From Anaeramoeba ignava BMAN (lineage: Eukaryota; Protista; Anaeramoebae), in assembly GCA_028826165.1 (NCBI GenBank), contig JAPDFW010000098.1, forward strand, positions 113,173 to 177,172: DNA of 64,000 nucleotides, given 5' to 3'. The notes below the pieces were generated by a model, which worked only from the letters and a program-made list of their open reading frames with translations, was not told the origin of the DNA and made no database searches. The position numbers were made by a program, and so were the translations under genes. This document shows positions 59,145 to 64,000 of the stretch, in pieces. Position 1 is the stretch's first letter. Each line of letters starts with the position of its first letter.

Positions 59145-60680
59145 TTTATTTTTTTATTTTAAATTAAAAAAAAGTGGAATAACATATTTCATCATAAATT
59201 TCAACATAATTTATCAATAATTTATTTAATAATCAATTTAATAATCAATTTAATAATCAATTTAATAATTAATTAATAATCAATTTAATAATCAATTTTT
59301 ATTTTTTATTTTAAATTAAAAAAAAGTGGAATAAAATATTTTATCATAAATTTCAACATAATTTATCAATAATTTATTTAATAATCAATTTAATAATTAA
59401 TTTAATAATTTATTTAATAATTTATTAATTAATTTAATAATAAATTTTTATTTTTATTTTAAATTAAAAATAATCATATTTATCATAATCTAATTTAATA
59501 ATAATTTTTAATAATTAATTTAACAAATAATTTAATAATTAATTTATCAATCAATTTAATAATTAATTTAATAATTAATTTAATAATTTATTTAATAATC
59601 AATTTAATAATTAATTTAATAATTAATTTTAATAATTAATTTAATAATTAATTTTTAATCAATTTTTATTTTTATTTTAAATTAAAAATTGGAATAAAAT
59701 ATTTTATTAAATAATCATAATTTATTTAATTTAATAATCAATTTAATAATTAATTTAATAATTAATTTAATAATCAATTTAATAATCAATTTAATAAATA
59801 ATTTAATAATCAATTTAATAATTAATTTAATAATTAATTTTTATTTTTATTTTAAATTAAAAAGTGGAATAAAATATTTTAATAAATTTCAACATAATTT
59901 ATCAATAATTTATTTAATAATTAATTTAATAATCAATTTAATAATCTATTTAATAATCAATTTAATAATTAATTTAATAATAAATTTTTATTTTATTTTA
60001 AATTAAAAAGTGGAATAAAAATATTTTATCATAAATTTCAACATAATTTATCAATAATTTATTTTATTTAATAATCAATTTAATAATTTATTTTTATTTT
60101 TTAATAAAAATTTTAATAATTAATTTAATAATTAATTTAATAATTAATTTAATAATCAATTTATAATCAATTTAATAATCAATTTAATAATCAATTTTTA
60201 TTTTTATTTTAAATTAAAAAGTGGAATAACATATTTTATCATAAATTTCAACATAATTTATCAATAATTTATTTAATAATCAATTTAACAAATAATTTAA
60301 TAATCAATTTATCAATAAATTATTAATCAATTTTTATTTTTTATTTTAAATTAAAAAGTGGAATAACATATTTTATCATAAATTTCAACATAATTTATCA
60401 ATAATTTATCAATAATTTATTTAATAATCAATTTAATAATTAATTTAATAATCAATTTATCAATAATTTAATAATCAATTTAATAATCTATTTAATAATC
60501 AATTTAATAATTAATTTAATAATCAATTTAATAATTAATTTATCATCAATTTAATAATTAATTTAATAATCAATTTATCAATAATTTAATAATTAATTTA
60601 TCAATAATTTAATAATTAATTTAATAATCAATTTATAATCAATTTAATAATCAATTTGATAATCAATTTTTATTTCATTG
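59145..60680. repeat. Compound minisatellite: conserved ~70-bp block plus variable numbers of an 11-bp subrepeat
   Basis: Block 'ttttaaattaaaaagtggaataa...aaatttcaacataatttatcaataattt' at about 59160, 59315, 59850, 60000, 60210 and 60350 (degenerate at 59460, 59680), interleaved with (AATTTAATAAT[C/T])n. Confidence 0.85.
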
Positions 60681-61006
60681 TTTATTTTAAAAAAATTTGA
60701 TGAAAGAAAATAAATTGATAAAATGAAAAATTAATAAAAATTTATAAATAATAAAAATAAAAAAATTTAAAATAAGATCTTTATGCCAATTGGAATTTTT
60801 TTTGTAATTAAAAATAATTTAAAGACAAATTTCCCATTTTTTATTTAATTAAAATTAAATTAAAAATTAAAAATAAAATGGCAAAAAAAAAAAAAGAAAA
60901 AAATTTTCATAAATAATCATTTCAAAGAAAAAAAAAATTTTTAAAATAAAAAAAAAATGATTTTTCAATTCTTTCTTTTCATAGTTTATTTTTGGATAAA
61001 ATAAAA

Positions 61007-63557
61007 ATGAATAAAATTAAATTTGAAGGAAAACTTTTAGATGAAAAATTAAAACCAAAAGAAAATGTAAAAATAATAATTGAACACAAAACATTAACGT
61101 TATTGACAAAACGAGAAGAGTTAAATTGTGAAATAGACAAAGAATTTCATATTGCTGAAAATCAAAACAAAAAAGGCATGTTTAGATTTAAATTTCCTGA
61201 AGGAGATATTCGAAGTATTAAATTTATAAAATTTGGTGATAGAGAAAAATTTCTTGAAATTTATCAAAAATTTAAAGAAAATGAAAAGAAAATTGAAAAT
61301 GCAAAAAAAAATAAATCAAAACAAAAAGAAAAACAAAAAGAAAGTGAAACAGAAAGTGAAACAGAAAGTGAAAAAGAAAATCAAAATCAAAATCAAAGTC
61401 AAAATCAAAATCAAAGTCAAAATAATAATAATAATAATCAAACTAATATCCAATATGACAATGATAGTGACAGTGATACAGATTTAATTTTAGGAAAAAA
61501 ATCAAATAAAAAACTTCTTAAACAAAAAAAAGAAGAAAAAAAACAACAGAAAAAACTTGATAAAATTAGGATAAAAGAAGAAAAACAAAGACAAAAAGAA
61601 GAGAAACAAAAACAGAAACAAAAACAAAAAGAAGAAAAGCAAAAACAAAAACAAAAAGAAAATCAAAAACAAAATCAAAAGGAAAATCCAAAAGGAAAAT
61701 CCAAAAGAAAATTTAAATAAAAATAATGAACCTAAATTTAAAGTTTCAATTCTTAATTCTCGTTACTTAACACTTTATCCCGCACTTTTAGTTTTTAAAC
61801 CAAATGAATTTAATGTTGTAACTCCAAAAGAAATTACACGTTCAAGATATGATAATAAACTTAATATACTTTATGATGCAAAATCTAAACTTCGTTTAAC
61901 AATTGATTTCAAAAAACATCATTATCTTGTTCAATTTATTGATCGAAATTCACTCAAAGAATTTCTTGTTGCTTATAATTCTTCAATAATTGATCATGTA
62001 AAAGAATCACGTGAGAAAGAAAAGAAAGAAATTGAGAATTTCGCAGCAAATGCTATTTTTGTTTCAGGAAATAAGGATAAAGATGAAAATGAAATTAAAA
62101 TTGAAGATGAAGATGAAGATGAAGATGAAGATGAAAATAAAATTGAAAATAAAATTGAAAATCAAAATCAAAATAAAATTGAAAATCAAATTGAAAATCA
62201 AAATAAAATTGAAGATGAAAATCAAAAAAATAATCAAATCAAAATTCGAATTCCAATTCCTATTAAAAATCAAAATCAAAACCAAAATGAAAATGAATAT
62301 AAAATTCATTATCAAAATCAAAATCAATATAAATATCAAAACAAATACCAAAAACCAACAATAATTGATGATGAATCTCCCGTTTTTGAACCAGAAATTG
62401 AATATCATTCTGAACAAAATCCCAATCCTTCTTATTCAAAAAAAACTTCAGAAGCAAAAGAAATATCAAGTGATTCAGATTTCGAATCAAAATTCCAAAA
62501 ACCAAAAGTCATTGATTCATCAAGTGAATCTGAAGACACAGAATCAGATCAAGAAAAATTGCCAAAAAAACCCATCAATTCACATGAGGAATGGAGCTTT
62601 GGTATTGTGAATAAAAAACTTGAAATATTGGATTCAGGAATAATTAAGATTGAAAATGATATTTTGTTCTTTAATCCAAAAAAATCAAAAGAAATCAAAA
62701 AACCAATAATAGAAATTAAATTTTTTACTCATCCAAAACAAGATCAACTCGCAAGAATTCAATTTGATTCTTCAAATTCAGTTTTCATTATTCTTGAATC
62801 TAAGCAAGAAAGATTAACTCTGATGAAATCTATTGAAGCTTCAAAAAGAAGACAAAGAAAACTTTTGAAAAACTCAAAATTGTTCCCAAAAAATAAATCA
62901 AATGAAAAAATTATGAGAAATTTAAACTCAAATCTCAATCCCAAAAAATTCAAAATTGAAATTCTCAATTCAAAATTTGAAAAAACATCAAACGGAACAA
63001 TTGAACTTCGTGACATGAAATATATTCTTCAATATTCTTCAAGAACAATAACTGGATTTTGTGATGAAACATTGAAATTCAAAAAAAGTACTTCAAATCC
63101 GTTGATACTTTTATTGGAACAAACTGGAAATCCTTCAACAAAATTCCAATTTTTATCATCAAGTGATCGCAATGAATTTTTTGAAATGAAAAGAGCTCAA
63201 AAAAAGCTCATTTCAAGTATAAAAAGACAAAATATCCAAAAATCAAAGAAATCACTCAAATTAAATTCACCAAAATTAAATTCACCAGTTGTTTATAACA
63301 TTCAAATTCTTGATAATCAATTCAACTTCTTAAAAGATGGAAAAGTTGTAATTCGTTCTTCTTCTTTTGTTTTTTATTATGGAACTGAAAAGCAAATTTA
63401 TTCAGCTGAAAATGATTCAATCAAAACATTTCTTCATCCAAATCGCTCTAAAATTATGAGATTGGATTTAAATTCAAAACGTTTTTTTATTAGTTTTCAA
63501 TCTGAAAAAGAAAGACATGATTTTTTAACAAATTGGGAAAAAGTTTATTTGAATTAA
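61007..63557 (+). CDS. Protein with five ~85-aa PH-like repeats and low-complexity linkers (frameshift near 61690)
   Basis: Repeats begin F.(V/I).ILN/D and end F....(D/E)R..F in a helix. Frame is open from ~61695 to 63557 by manual reading. Confidence 0.65.
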
Positions 63558-63791
63558 AAACAAAAAAAAATAAATCAATTCAAATTAAGAAATGAAAAGA
63601 AAAAGAAACAAAAAAAAAATTTGGTTTTTATTTTTTTTATTTTTTTTTTTTGAATGAATTATTGAGAAGAATTGATCTCAATCAATATCAAAAAAATTTT
63701 TTTTTGAGTTGAAAAAGTAAAAAAAAAATCAAGAACTTTTTTTTTTGAAACGGTAAACTCATTAACTAAAAAAAAAAAAGAAAAAAAAAAT

Positions 63792-64000
63792 TTAGCAACA
63801 TTTCTTTTTCTTTTTTGATTTTGGATTTTTCTCAGTATCTTCTGGAATAACTAAAGCAGAAGTTGGAACAAATTCTGCATTAGCAGTATTTTCAAGGAAA
63901 TTACTATCTTTATCTTTAGCAACATCATAAATTCTTTTTAATAAATCAGTAAAGCATTCTTCAACATTAGTTGAATCCAAAGCAGATGTTTCAATAAAAG
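63792..64000 (-). CDS. C-terminal part of a Rab GTPase (Rab11-like); 5' part outside the window
   Basis: FIETSALDSTNVEECFTDLLKRIY...KKKKKCC. Confidence 0.85.
   Translation of the reverse strand, partial: FIETSALDSTNVEECFTDLLKRIYDVAKDKDSNFLENTANAEFVPTSALVIPEDTEKNPKSKKKKKCC

Noticed and set aside
6700-61720. Programmed frameshifting or a variant genetic code to explain split ORFs
   Set aside because: Breaks are frame changes, mostly in A/T homopolymers or repeats, not in-frame stops. Intact paralogs exist and TAA is the normal terminator. Visibly noisy consensus (e.g. 32750-33560, 17320-17540) points to sequencing error.
1-64000. Inteins, transposases, tRNA or rRNA genes
   Set aside because: No Hint/HN-C splice motifs, DDE or RT ORFs, or structured RNA genes were recognisable by eye.

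Overview
Extremely AT-rich, gene-dense eukaryotic (protist) genomic DNA using the standard code and GT-AG introns. The gene families (expanded RCC1-BTB and BTB-TLDc, plant-type CBL, Inr-like TCATTTT promoters, EN/QN coding repeats) suggest a free-living metamonad such as Anaeramoeba; this is inference, not proof. I find about 22 genes: two BTB-TLDc, Rac, a beta-propeller surface protein, a giant Ig-repeat/STRA6-like membrane protein, five RCC1-BTB paralogs, a chimeric multi-TM/longin/multi-SNARE/SPRY gene, a Rab32-like GTPase, RFWD3, a stand-alone NPC1 N-terminal-domain protein, ATG7, syntaxin-7/12, head-to-head WDR6 and WDR4, beta-hexosaminidase, a CBL, a five-PH-like-repeat protein and a partial Rab. 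Many introns and intergenic spacers are inflated by locus-specific tandem repeats. Several 1-bp frameshifts sit in homopolymers and are probably consensus errors. Most notable: (1) one spliced gene joins about 7 TM segments, a longin domain, Qc-like, Qb-like and R-SNARE motifs and a SPRY domain; (2) the RCC1-BTB family has near-constant BTB halves and Tyr/Trp/Asp/Asn-rich hypervariable propeller loops, bounded by microsatellite; (3) a STRA6-like transporter carries an invasin-like Ig ectodomain. All family calls are from remembered motifs, not database searches.
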